In this document: one piece after another, positions 28,682 to 37,415 of the stretch | Layout: each line of letters starts with the position of its first letter | Numbering within the stretch: position 1 is the stretch's first letter | IMG/VR virus record: IMGVR_UViG_3300027759_000043 | Source of the DNA: a virus | Lineage: Duplodnaviria; Caudoviricetes | Direction: 5' to 3' (one strand) | Length of the DNA stretch: 64,000 bases | Translations under genes and position numbers: made by a program | Notes under the pieces: generated by a model | Database searches by the model: none | Told to the model about the DNA's origin: nothing | The model's input: only the letters and a program-made list of their open reading frames with translations

Positions 28682-29110
28682 ACAAAAATCACATCTTTAG
28701 ATCTCACCCCCTTCTACCGTAACACAATTGGCATGGACCGCCTGTTTGACAGGATTGTCAGTCAATTTGATCATGCTACGCAGACCAACTATCCACCCTA
28801 TGACATTGTCAAAACAGCCGAAGATAGTTACGAAATTCGTGTGGCAGTGGCCGGCTTTGGCCAAGGTGAAGTTGACGTGACTTTCCATGAAGGTCAGTTG
28901 GTTATCACAGGCGAAAAGCACACGGAAGAAAACGTGAATTATCTACATCACGGCATCAGTGCTCGTAAATTTACACGCAGTTTCCAACTGGCGGAGTATG
29001 TGGAAGTGAAGTCAGCAATTGCCCAGGATGGCATTCTCACAGTATGCTTGGAGCGTACTGTGCCAGAAACAGCCAAGCCAAAGACTATTGCTATCACCTA
29101 CACTTCCTAA
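28679..29110 (+). CDS. Small heat-shock protein Hsp20 (IbpA-like)
   Basis: IGMDRLF, NYPPYDI, AVAGF, YLHHGISARKFTRSF, DGIL, PKTIAI. Confidence 0.95.
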   Translation: MTKITSLDLTPFYRNTIGMDRLFDRIVSQFDHATQTNYPPYDIVKTAEDSYEIRVAVAGFGQGEVDVTFHEGQLVITGEKHTEENVNYLHHGISARKFTRSFQLAEYVEVKSAIAQDGILTVCLERTVPETAKPKTIAITYTS

Positions 29111-29169
29111 TATAATAGTGTAAATACAGTAGCGGGATGGTCCCGCTACTGAACAAACAAGGACTCGAA

Positions 29170-29478
29170 ATGTCGCAAGCAGAAACTATTGTAGCAACAA
29201 GAACAAAAACCGCCGTCAAAGAACCAAGTCTGTATCGGGTAATTTACCTCAACGACAACACAACCACAATGGAATTTGTTGTGGAAACCTTGATAGAATT
29301 CTTTGGCTATACAGAAGAAACAGCCGCACAAATTACTGTGGACATACATGACGCAGGATCAGCCACAGTGGCAGTATTGCCATTTGAAATTGCCGAACAA
29401 AAGGGCGGTGAAGTCACGCTGAGTGCTAGAGCACAGAATTTCCCACTACAGGTCAGAATTGAACCTGATGTGACCTAA
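29170..29478 (+). CDS. clpS: Clp protease adaptor ClpS
   Basis: YRVIYLNDNTTTMEFV, IHDAG, EIAEQK, FPLQVRIE. Confidence 0.88.
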   Translation: MSQAETIVATRTKTAVKEPSLYRVIYLNDNTTTMEFVVETLIEFFGYTEETAAQITVDIHDAGSATVAVLPFEIAEQKGGEVTLSARAQNFPLQVRIEPDVT

Positions 29479-30282
29479 TCACCAATTAATTTCAATACGT
29501 TTGGGATAATACACATGAGTGCGATGCAGAGTATCGCCTCGTCCACGACAGTTGTTGACATAACGTATGCCATTTAGAATTCTGTCAACTGTGCCGTGAT
29601 AATGGCCGAAACACCAGGTGTGTATTTTGTGTTCAGTATCATTGGTGTGTACTAGATGCATGAGTCTGTTGCCCATGACATTGAAATGATATTGCCCGTC
29701 TAGATCAATATCGTGTTTGATAAGTTCTGCTTCGGGCACAGTATGAGTAACAATTACAATTTTCTTTACATCTTGATGAGTTTGTAATCGTTGTACACTA
29801 CTCACTAGATATGCCGCATCTGTTCTACTGGCATCCAGAATCATTTGCGTATCCACTACAACTTCTGGATGTCGTTCTTCGTAACGATCCTTCATCCATT
29901 GCTTGGAGCCTTCTGTATCTAAATTTTCGTCTAGATCAAAACCCCACCATCCATTGGTGCCCAAGATAGCCACACCATCAATCACAACAACATTGTCCTG
30001 TAAATAGGTCACACGTGGGATTCTGCGTATGGCCTGATTTAATTTTGAGTAACTGGCACCCAGATCACCCAGTTGAAAACGATGTTCGTCATTGCCATCT
30101 ATGTAAAACACAGCGGCATAGCATTCTGATAGATGCTTTAGAAACTTTTTGACCATGTTATGATCTCTAGAGACGTCGCCTGCTACTACACATACTGGGC
30201 TCGTGGCTTGCCCACTAAAGTTCAGCGGCTCATCCCAGGTTTCTAAATGCAAGTCAGAAATTAAATCAAATGTCATTGTCAT
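29479..30282 (-). CDS. Calcineurin-like metallophosphoesterase (paralog 1)
   Basis: SDLH, AGD, GNDEH, VTH, FGHYH. Confidence 0.85.
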   Translation of the reverse strand: MTMTFDLISDLHLETWDEPLNFSGQATSPVCVVAGDVSRDHNMVKKFLKHLSECYAAVFYIDGNDEHRFQLGDLGASYSKLNQAIRRIPRVTYLQDNVVVIDGVAILGTNGWWGFDLDENLDTEGSKQWMKDRYEERHPEVVVDTQMILDASRTDAAYLVSSVQRLQTHQDVKKIVIVTHTVPEAELIKHDIDLDGQYHFNVMGNRLMHLVHTNDTEHKIHTWCFGHYHGTVDRILNGIRYVNNCRGRGDTLHRTHVYYPKRIEINW

Positions 30283-30306
30283 GATACATATTTAAAAGGA
30301 AACGCA

Positions 30307-30675
30307 ATGAACATAATATTTGGAACAGAAATGGCCAAGCAAGCACAGGAACGCTATACGGTACTTGAACTAGACACATTTAACTTGTTGCCCACAGATG
30401 AAATAGTCACCGCCTATTGCATTGTTGAAACTATACCCTTTGAAGAAATGGCTGCTGTAGAGAGTCTCAAAGATCTTCACATAAATCTCATGGCAGAATA
30501 CAGAAAACGCAACTGGAAATATTGCGAAGATGCTATTGCACACCTAACTGGAAAATGGCATGGAGAGTTAAACAGTTTCTATACCGAACTATATCAACGA
30601 ATTTCCAAACTCAAACAAGAGGATCTTCCCCAGGAGTGGACGGGTCGACTTGACAAGACTGTCGAAGTTGTCTAA
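30307..30675 (+). CDS. Hypothetical protein resembling the C-terminal tail of class III adenylate cyclases
   Basis: VLELDT, Y.KRNW, FY..LY.RI, LPQEWTG; no cyclase core. Confidence 0.4.
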   Translation: MNIIFGTEMAKQAQERYTVLELDTFNLLPTDEIVTAYCIVETIPFEEMAAVESLKDLHINLMAEYRKRNWKYCEDAIAHLTGKWHGELNSFYTELYQRISKLKQEDLPQEWTGRLDKTVEVV

Positions 30676-32014
30676 GACGCCTAGTGGATATTCTACGAGA
30701 AACTATGCCCATATCTAGCATGTTGTGTTCTCTGAGTATTGTTAACCATCCAAAATAATATTTGCCTCGTGACTTTGCCACTTGTTGCATGGCTGATTTT
30801 AGATTGTCTTTTAATTCATTTTCAATTTGATAGGAGAAATCGGCACTGAAAAAATGTTTTTTATTAAATTGTGCAATAGATTGAATTTTTTGGAAAAATT
30901 CTTTACGATCTTGTCCTTGAAGATTTTGTATTTGTTTCATTGACTCAATGATTTTTTCCATTCTAGTGAGACTGTCAGATTCGTGATCATACGATTCATC
31001 TATCCATGGACTAAATGTTTGGAAGCCATAACTCTTTAAGTACTGCAATGCGCCAGGTCCTGCTGCCAATATAAATGGATGTCCACAAGCAATGGGTTTT
31101 AATATTTTTTCTGTCAAATGTATTCTACTGTCATCGAACACTGTTTCTAAAACTACACTGATCTGTGTTGAAACAAAATCGTTATAACTGTAATCTGCGC
31201 TTGCTGTACTAGAAAAATTGTTGTTGGGTATCTGGCCTAAGAGTTGTGGATTATTGAGTTTAAATTTTGGATTTACAAATTCATAGTTTGCAAAATGCAC
31301 ATTGTCGGTGTTGGTGTGCATTACACTTGTTTGGCATATGTGATCAAGATTGTTCTCTATCAGTAATTCTAAAAACTTCAATCTATATTCTCTACGATGA
31401 CTCCAGTCTCTACAGTAGATTAAAAATATGTTTTCGGGTAGATCATGATGTACAGTGAGCCTGGAGTCATGTTCTGCAAATCTAAACCAATCTCTAGCAA
31501 TAACTGCATGTGCCCAATAATGAACACAAATAAATTCATTACTTTCATATTTTAATAAATCCTGAGAGTTTTTTTCTGAATGTATCAAAATAGTTTTATC
31601 ATAGATCAGGGCATTTTTACGAAGAACCTCAGATCTCAAATTGAATTTAGAACAATATTTAAATCTTAAATCAAAAAACTCTGGAGAAAAAACAATCCAA
31701 TCCGAGTCATTGGTACTGATTTCTTTTTCAAAGTCTGCTTGGGATTCAAATTTTTCTTTCCAACGCGACTGTCGAGTTAGTGTACTCCAAAATTGTTGCC
31801 ATTGTTTGGAATCGTTGTAAAGATCCCAGTCCAGTGGTTCCTGATCATGCATGATTACAGCAGGCATTTGCCATTTTTCTCTAAGATTATAATCTTTTAA
31901 CCAACGTAAATTGGAAATATTTTTACTACCATGTGGATGGAATACATATACACATGCTGGTGCAGGCAACAACCCGTCTACCCAGTTATAAAGATTATCT
32001 AAAGGAATACTCAT
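30611..32014 (-). CDS. Glycosyltransferase-like protein of the repeated family (AT-rich)
   Basis: VVLETVF..RIHLTEKILKPIACGHPFI...GF.TF.PWIDESYD; start MSIPLDNLY inferred. Confidence 0.55.
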   Translation of the reverse strand: MSIPLDNLYNWVDGLLPAPACVYVFHPHGSKNISNLRWLKDYNLREKWQMPAVIMHDQEPLDWDLYNDSKQWQQFWSTLTRQSRWKEKFESQADFEKEISTNDSDWIVFSPEFFDLRFKYCSKFNLRSEVLRKNALIYDKTILIHSEKNSQDLLKYESNEFICVHYWAHAVIARDWFRFAEHDSRLTVHHDLPENIFLIYCRDWSHRREYRLKFLELLIENNLDHICQTSVMHTNTDNVHFANYEFVNPKFKLNNPQLLGQIPNNNFSSTASADYSYNDFVSTQISVVLETVFDDSRIHLTEKILKPIACGHPFILAAGPGALQYLKSYGFQTFSPWIDESYDHESDSLTRMEKIIESMKQIQNLQGQDRKEFFQKIQSIAQFNKKHFFSADFSYQIENELKDNLKSAMQQVAKSRGKYYFGWLTILREHNMLDMGIVSRRISTRRLRQLRQSCQVDPSTPGEDPLV

Positions 32015-33253
32015 ATGAAAAAAATTGGATTTATTGGAATCGGCAAATTGGGTCTTGATTGTGCTGAAGTCATGGCAGAGAAGCATGAAGTCAGGGGATA
32101 TGATATTTACCCACGTGCCAGCGACTCGGTAAAAGTTTGTGACATTGACGAATTAGTCAACGAAAGTGAGTGGATCTTTATTGCTGTGCCCACTCCACAT
32201 GCAGAAGGTTATGATGGATCAGTTCCATCAAGCCACATGGAGCCACGAGATTTTGGTCACGACGCTGTGATTGATGCTATCCATAAAGTCAATGCTCATG
32301 CTAGATCACCCAAGAAGGTGGTGTTGATTTCCACAGTACTACCGGGCACCACACGCCGCAAGTTCTATCCCTTGCTGGACAAGCAACACCAGTTCCTGTA
32401 CAACCCATACTTGATTGCCATGGGTTCGGTCAAGTGGGACATGGTCAATCCTGAAATGATCATGATCGGCACAGAAGATGGTGCCTGGAATGGCATCGCT
32501 GGCGAACTCAAAGACTTGTATGACACAGTGATGCAAAACAATCCACGTTACGAAATTGGCACCTGGGACGAGTGCGAAAGTGTCAAGATCTTTTATAACA
32601 CATTCATCTCTGCAAAAGTTGGCTTGGTCAACATGATCCAGGACTTTGCCTTGCGTATTGGCAACATCGACGTTGATGTGGTTACAAATGCTCTGGCACG
32701 TAGCACTATGCGTATCATGGGACCTAAGTACATGACTGCAGGCATGGGAGATGCAGGTGCCTGCCATCCACGTGACAACATTGCTCTGCGTTGGTTGGCC
32801 AAAGAATACGACATTGGTTATGACCTGTTTGACACAGTGATGCATGCTAGAGAAATTCAAGCAAAGAACCTTGCATTGTTCCTGGTAGATCAAGCCAAAC
32901 AACGCACCATGAGCATAGTGATTCATGGTAAGGCCTACAAACCGGATGTGCCTTACTGTATCGGATCATACTCTACCTTGGTCGGGCACTACATCAAAGA
33001 AGCAGGACATAATGTTAGATATTTAGATCCATTGGCAGATGATCCTACTGAAGTAATTTCAGAATTGGTTGGTCCTGTTGTTATCCTGTGGGCACACAAT
33101 CGCAAGATCACATATGAATACACAGGTGATCAACCTGACACACTGCCGTACTGTGCTATTCCTCGAGGAAGTGTAATTGTTGATCCCTGGCGCAAACTAC
33201 CCAATATTGAAGGACTGACTGTGGTCCACTATGGCAACACCCGCAAAAAATAA
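32015..33253 (+). CDS. ugd: UDP-glucose/GDP-mannose dehydrogenase family protein
   Basis: GxGxxG (GIGKLG), IAVPTP, ESVKIFYNTF, GACHPRD, GKAYKP. Confidence 0.88.
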   Translation: MKKIGFIGIGKLGLDCAEVMAEKHEVRGYDIYPRASDSVKVCDIDELVNESEWIFIAVPTPHAEGYDGSVPSSHMEPRDFGHDAVIDAIHKVNAHARSPKKVVLISTVLPGTTRRKFYPLLDKQHQFLYNPYLIAMGSVKWDMVNPEMIMIGTEDGAWNGIAGELKDLYDTVMQNNPRYEIGTWDECESVKIFYNTFISAKVGLVNMIQDFALRIGNIDVDVVTNALARSTMRIMGPKYMTAGMGDAGACHPRDNIALRWLAKEYDIGYDLFDTVMHAREIQAKNLALFLVDQAKQRTMSIVIHGKAYKPDVPYCIGSYSTLVGHYIKEAGHNVRYLDPLADDPTEVISELVGPVVILWAHNRKITYEYTGDQPDTLPYCAIPRGSVIVDPWRKLPNIEGLTVVHYGNTRKK

Positions 33254-33752
33254 CACTTGGGCTCAAGGACATGCTGAGCCCTGGTGGGGACTGCGCCACC
33301 GCGACCTGGCTTATTTCAATGAAGCATTCAATGATCCTGTGAGTCTCAGTGAATGGCGCGGCCTGGGCTACACCCAGAAAAAATTCACAGGTGACATGTA
33401 TGACATGCGCATGCCCGAACCTGAATGGATGCGCAAGTTTACAGATATTTTTCCGTTTCGAAATCTAAGTTGGAGTGTGTATCGCATGACTCCGGGTTGC
33501 GTGTTGCCCATGCACAGCGATACCTATAACCGATTCAAGGAAATATATGCTGTGCCAGACACTGCCACTGTGGTGCGTGTTATTGTGTACCTAGAAGATT
33601 GGGCCAGTGGCCACTACTGTGAAATGGCTGGTCGGCCCATTACAGGATGGCGTGCCGGAGATTGGGTGAGTTGGCACGATGACTTCCCTCACCTGGCAGC
33701 CAATATGGGCCGAACTGATCGTTATACATTACAACTCACAGGAACCTTATGA
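33231..33752 (+). CDS. Putative 2OG-Fe(II)/cupin-type oxygenase
   Basis: HxD (MHSD) plus a distal His (PHLAAN) and RYTLQLTG. Confidence 0.6.
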   Translation: MATPAKNNTWAQGHAEPWWGLRHRDLAYFNEAFNDPVSLSEWRGLGYTQKKFTGDMYDMRMPEPEWMRKFTDIFPFRNLSWSVYRMTPGCVLPMHSDTYNRFKEIYAVPDTATVVRVIVYLEDWASGHYCEMAGRPITGWRAGDWVSWHDDFPHLAANMGRTDRYTLQLTGTL

Positions 33753-34660
33753 TATCAAGCGTCAACGAATGGAGTCCATTAAAGAAGATTGTGGTAGGAA
33801 GTGCCACCGATGCCAACTGGCCTGTTAATGATCCTGTGTTTGCTAAAGAAGGTGAAAAGACTACCTGGAAAGAAACGCCTGTTCCACGTGGACCTGTCTC
33901 ACAGCGTATAATCGAAGAAACCAACGAGGACTTGGATGGTCTGGCATGGACCCTGATGAGCCTGGGTGTGGAAGTAGTACGTCCGGATCCACTCAACTTC
34001 CAGGTCTACGACGGCATGTACAATTATTGTCCACGTGACCGGCTACTGGTGCATGGTTCAACAGTGATCGATACTGCCATGATGTATCCCTGCAGAGACA
34101 TGGAACTGCAATGCTATCACGATATTGTCGAAGATGCTGAAGTGATTCACATGCCACGTGGTCAAGGTCTGGTACTGGATGCGGCTAACGTATGTAGACT
34201 AGGCGATAGTATGCTGTTTTTGGAGTCAGCAAGTGGCAATCGTGCCGCTTATGATTGGCTATGCGAGCAATTTCCTGATGTGACTATCGAACTGTGTAAC
34301 TTTTATGCTGGTGTGCATATTGATTCAACTATTGTGCCGCTACGTGAAGGCTTGGTCATGCTCAATGCTAGCCGTGTTAGTTTTGATACTGTACCCAAGG
34401 TATTTGATGGTTGGCACAAGATTTGGGTCACGGATGTGGTAGCACAGGACTTTTATAAATATCCTTATGCATCAAAATGGATAGCCATGAATATGTTAGT
34501 AGTCGACCCTCACACTGTCATATGCGATCGTAATCAAATTGAATTGATTAAAACTTTAAAAAGTTATCAATTTGAAGTTATTCCTCTTGAACTTAGACAC
34601 AGTCGCACACTAGGTGGTGGCTTTCATTGTGTCACACTAGACCTGCACCGTGAGTCATGA
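33749..34660 (+). CDS. Amidinotransferase (glycine/inosamine-phosphate amidinotransferase family)
   Basis: NEWSPLKKIVVG, NYCPRD, LDAAN, HIDST, GGGFHCVT with the catalytic Cys. Confidence 0.88.
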   Translation: MISSVNEWSPLKKIVVGSATDANWPVNDPVFAKEGEKTTWKETPVPRGPVSQRIIEETNEDLDGLAWTLMSLGVEVVRPDPLNFQVYDGMYNYCPRDRLLVHGSTVIDTAMMYPCRDMELQCYHDIVEDAEVIHMPRGQGLVLDAANVCRLGDSMLFLESASGNRAAYDWLCEQFPDVTIELCNFYAGVHIDSTIVPLREGLVMLNASRVSFDTVPKVFDGWHKIWVTDVVAQDFYKYPYASKWIAMNMLVVDPHTVICDRNQIELIKTLKSYQFEVIPLELRHSRTLGGGFHCVTLDLHRES

Positions 34661-35211
34661 ACATTGCTTGGTTGTTTGCCGAAAACACCCTGCTACCTCC
34701 TGCCACAGATGTACAGGCCATAAAGAATGTGGCACCCATATGGGGCTCATGGCGCACACAACGTGGCTATCAAACTGACAATGTAATCTGTTGGGATCCT
34801 GAGCAAGCCACGCAACTGGTAGCGCAAGGTTATAATGCTATCTGTAATCTTTTTGTACATCAGTTGGTTTATGACGAACTAGATAAACCAGATGGTGTGC
34901 GGGCGTTCGGCGGAGAGTTTGTGCATGAGGTAGACTCACACGATGATGTTGTGGGCATGCATCTAGTGGCCAGCGCCGCAGATGTTATTCTTATGGTGGG
35001 ATTTGATTTCGCCGAACCAAAAAACCCAACTGAATCCCGAACCAACTATTTGGGTTTAGCCGCACAAGTGGTAAAGGATTACCCAAAACAGCAATGGGTC
35101 TTGATTGATCACTCAACCGAATTGGCCAAACCATTTCATGGCCAGGAAAATATCACTTGCGACAAAATGAAAAATGTGTTACAATTACTGATGTTTAACA
35201 CAACCGAATGA
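34657..35211 (+). CDS. Hypothetical protein, weak resemblance to DUF115/Maf-like sugar-transfer proteins
   Basis: HLVASAADVILMVGFDF (I.L.GFD-like). Confidence 0.4.
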   Translation: MNIAWLFAENTLLPPATDVQAIKNVAPIWGSWRTQRGYQTDNVICWDPEQATQLVAQGYNAICNLFVHQLVYDELDKPDGVRAFGGEFVHEVDSHDDVVGMHLVASAADVILMVGFDFAEPKNPTESRTNYLGLAAQVVKDYPKQQWVLIDHSTELAKPFHGQENITCDKMKNVLQLLMFNTTE

Positions 35212-35214
35212 CGT

Positions 35215-36234
35215 ATGACTGCTCGAATTGGCTTTTGTTGTAAATGGCTTAATGACCCTAGTGAGTGTGGGGGTATGAAAGTCAATGCTGTGGACCGTGA
35301 CCTAAACGGCAGATCTACCACCATGCGCTGGTTGCGTGAACATCCTGCAGACGCCGATCAGCGTCAGTGGGACATCATGAACCACAATGCGGCAGCCGCA
35401 GTGCGATTGATTGAGCGTGTGGCCACATTACCTGAGGGTCGTAGAATGGTCCGTCTAGGCAGTGAGATGCTACAAGGCTACACTGAGAAAGATTGGATCA
35501 ACTGGTGGCAACGTACTGAAATTCAAGATCACTGTGCTAAAATATTTGCTCCTGTGGGCGATACTGCTCGGAGGCTTGGCGTTCGGCTATCCTTCCATCC
35601 AGGGCAATTTTGTGTGCTGGCAAGTGAAAGTGATGAGATTGTGGAACGATCCATCCTCGAGTTTGAATACCATGCTGACATGGCACGGTGGATGGGCTAC
35701 GGAGAAACCTGGCATGATCATGGATTCAAGATCAACGTACACTTGTCGGGCAAAGGCGGCCCTGCTAAGTTTTTGCAAACACTCAAGCGATTGAGTCCCG
35801 AGGCTCGCAACCTCATAACTATCGAAAATGATGAGATGACAAATGGATTGGACACTACTTTGGCTGTGGCTCAGCATGTGGCTCTTGTGTTGGATGTACA
35901 TCACCACTGGATCAACTCAGGCGAATACATCTCGCCCACGGACGTTCGCACAAGTAGGGTTATTGACTCTTGGCGTGGTGTTCGTCCTGCAATGCATTTT
36001 AGTACTAGTCGCGAGGACGTTTTGGTCGACCATGATCGAACAGTTCGACCAGACCTTGCTGAACTTCTTGCTAGAGGTTATAAAAAGCAGAAACTCCGAG
36101 CGCACAGTGACTTCTGTTGGAATCGGGCTGTGAACGACTGGGTCTTGGGCTTTGCTGACGACTTTGACATACAAGTAGAAGCCAAAGGCAAGAACTTGGC
36201 TAGTCAGCAGTTGTTTGACCAGTCAAATCTGTAA
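35215..36234 (+). CDS. uvsE: UV-damage endonuclease UvsE/UvdE
   Basis: RIGFCCK, RLSFHPGQF, INVH, ITIENDE, LDVHHH, PAMHFS, AHSD, VEAKGKNLA. Confidence 0.9.
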   Translation: MTARIGFCCKWLNDPSECGGMKVNAVDRDLNGRSTTMRWLREHPADADQRQWDIMNHNAAAAVRLIERVATLPEGRRMVRLGSEMLQGYTEKDWINWWQRTEIQDHCAKIFAPVGDTARRLGVRLSFHPGQFCVLASESDEIVERSILEFEYHADMARWMGYGETWHDHGFKINVHLSGKGGPAKFLQTLKRLSPEARNLITIENDEMTNGLDTTLAVAQHVALVLDVHHHWINSGEYISPTDVRTSRVIDSWRGVRPAMHFSTSREDVLVDHDRTVRPDLAELLARGYKKQKLRAHSDFCWNRAVNDWVLGFADDFDIQVEAKGKNLASQQLFDQSNL

Positions 36235-36263
36235 CAAAATTGTAACACAAATTGGCCTAAATA
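36229..36263 (+). promoter_or_regulatory. Pho-box-like direct repeat plus TAAATA upstream of pstS
   Basis: CTGTAAC-AAAA-TTGTAAC (11-bp period), 10 nt, CTAAATA. Confidence 0.75.
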
Positions 36264-36286
36264 ATTGTCTAACCAAGGAGACTTTA

Positions 36287-37291
36287 GTGAAACAATTATT
36301 TGCAATCTTACTAGCGTCAATATCAATCTCAGCATCAGCACAGACCATAACAGGTGCTGGTGCAACATTCCCATACCCTATCTATTCCAAGTGGTCAGAA
36401 CTTTATAACAAAGAAACTGGCGTAGCACTCAACTATCAATCAATTGGGTCCAGTGGCGGCATTCGTCAAATTGATGCCCGTACAGTCACATTTGGTGCAA
36501 CTGATGCGCCTGTGCCTGGCGACAAACTAGACAAGAACGGTCAAGTACAGTTTCCCGCTATCATTGGCGGCACAGTTCCTATTGTGAACCTGGATGGATT
36601 CAAGCCCGGCGAGTTGCGTATTACAGGTCCTGTAATGGCAGAAGTGTTCTTGGGTGAAATCTCCAAATGGAATGATCCAAAGTTGGCGGCACTTAATCCA
36701 GGTAAAAAATTGCCTGACTTAGAAATTACTATTGTGCATCGTGCAGACGGTTCAGGTACTACATTTAACTGGACAGACTACTTGACAGTGGTCAGCACCA
36801 AATGGGCCGAAAAAGTAGGCAAAGGCGCCGCAGTTAAATGGCCAGCCGCAACATCAGTGGGCGGCAAAGGCAACGAAGGTGTTGCTGCCAATGTACAACG
36901 TGTTAAGGGCTCCATTGGCTATGTTGAATATGCCTATGTTAAAAAGAACAACTTGACTTTCTTGCAGTTGCAAAACAAGTCAGGCAAGTATGTCAGTCCA
37001 GATGATCTAACATTTGCTGCCGCGGCAGCCGGTGCTGATTGGTTCTCAGTCTCAGGTATGGGCGTGAGCATTGTGGATCAAAAGGGTGATGCTGTTTGGC
37101 CAGTGAGTACAGCCAGTTTTATCATCATGTACAAAGATCCCACAGACAAGAAAGCCAGCCAAGATACGTTGAAGTTCTTTGACTGGGCGTTCAAGAACGG
37201 TAAGAAAGCCGCAGAGGAATTGGACTATGTGGCCTTACCAGATAGCCTAACAAAGCAAATTCGCGAGCGAGTCTGGAGCCAGATTAAATAA
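36287..37291 (+). CDS. pstS: Phosphate-binding protein PstS
   Basis: Signal peptide; GAGATFPYP, YQSIGSSGG, FGATD, RADGSGTT, GSIGYVE; AAGGAG plus GTG. Confidence 0.96.
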   Translation: MKQLFAILLASISISASAQTITGAGATFPYPIYSKWSELYNKETGVALNYQSIGSSGGIRQIDARTVTFGATDAPVPGDKLDKNGQVQFPAIIGGTVPIVNLDGFKPGELRITGPVMAEVFLGEISKWNDPKLAALNPGKKLPDLEITIVHRADGSGTTFNWTDYLTVVSTKWAEKVGKGAAVKWPAATSVGGKGNEGVAANVQRVKGSIGYVEYAYVKKNNLTFLQLQNKSGKYVSPDDLTFAAAAAGADWFSVSGMGVSIVDQKGDAVWPVSTASFIIMYKDPTDKKASQDTLKFFDWAFKNGKKAAEELDYVALPDSLTKQIRERVWSQIK

Positions 37292-37340
37292 ACAAACCGC
37301 ACACAACGATAGAGTGTGACCAGAACTCGTAACTGGTACT

Positions 37341-37364
37341 AAGCACCGCAAGGTGCTTTTTTTT
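37341..37364 (+). terminator. Rho-independent terminator
   Basis: AAGCACC-GCAA-GGTGCTT plus a T-run. Confidence 0.88.
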
Positions 37365-37415
37365 GGGCTAGTTTTAAACTTAGACACGGTAAATACATCA
37401 AAAGGGCTGTTTACT

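Noticed and set aside
36215-36286. ORF-track N-terminal extensions (pstS, hsp20, rpsU, iscU, clpS and others)
   Set aside because: Downstream starts have proper SD sequences and family-typical N-termini; the extensions run through promoter or leader DNA.
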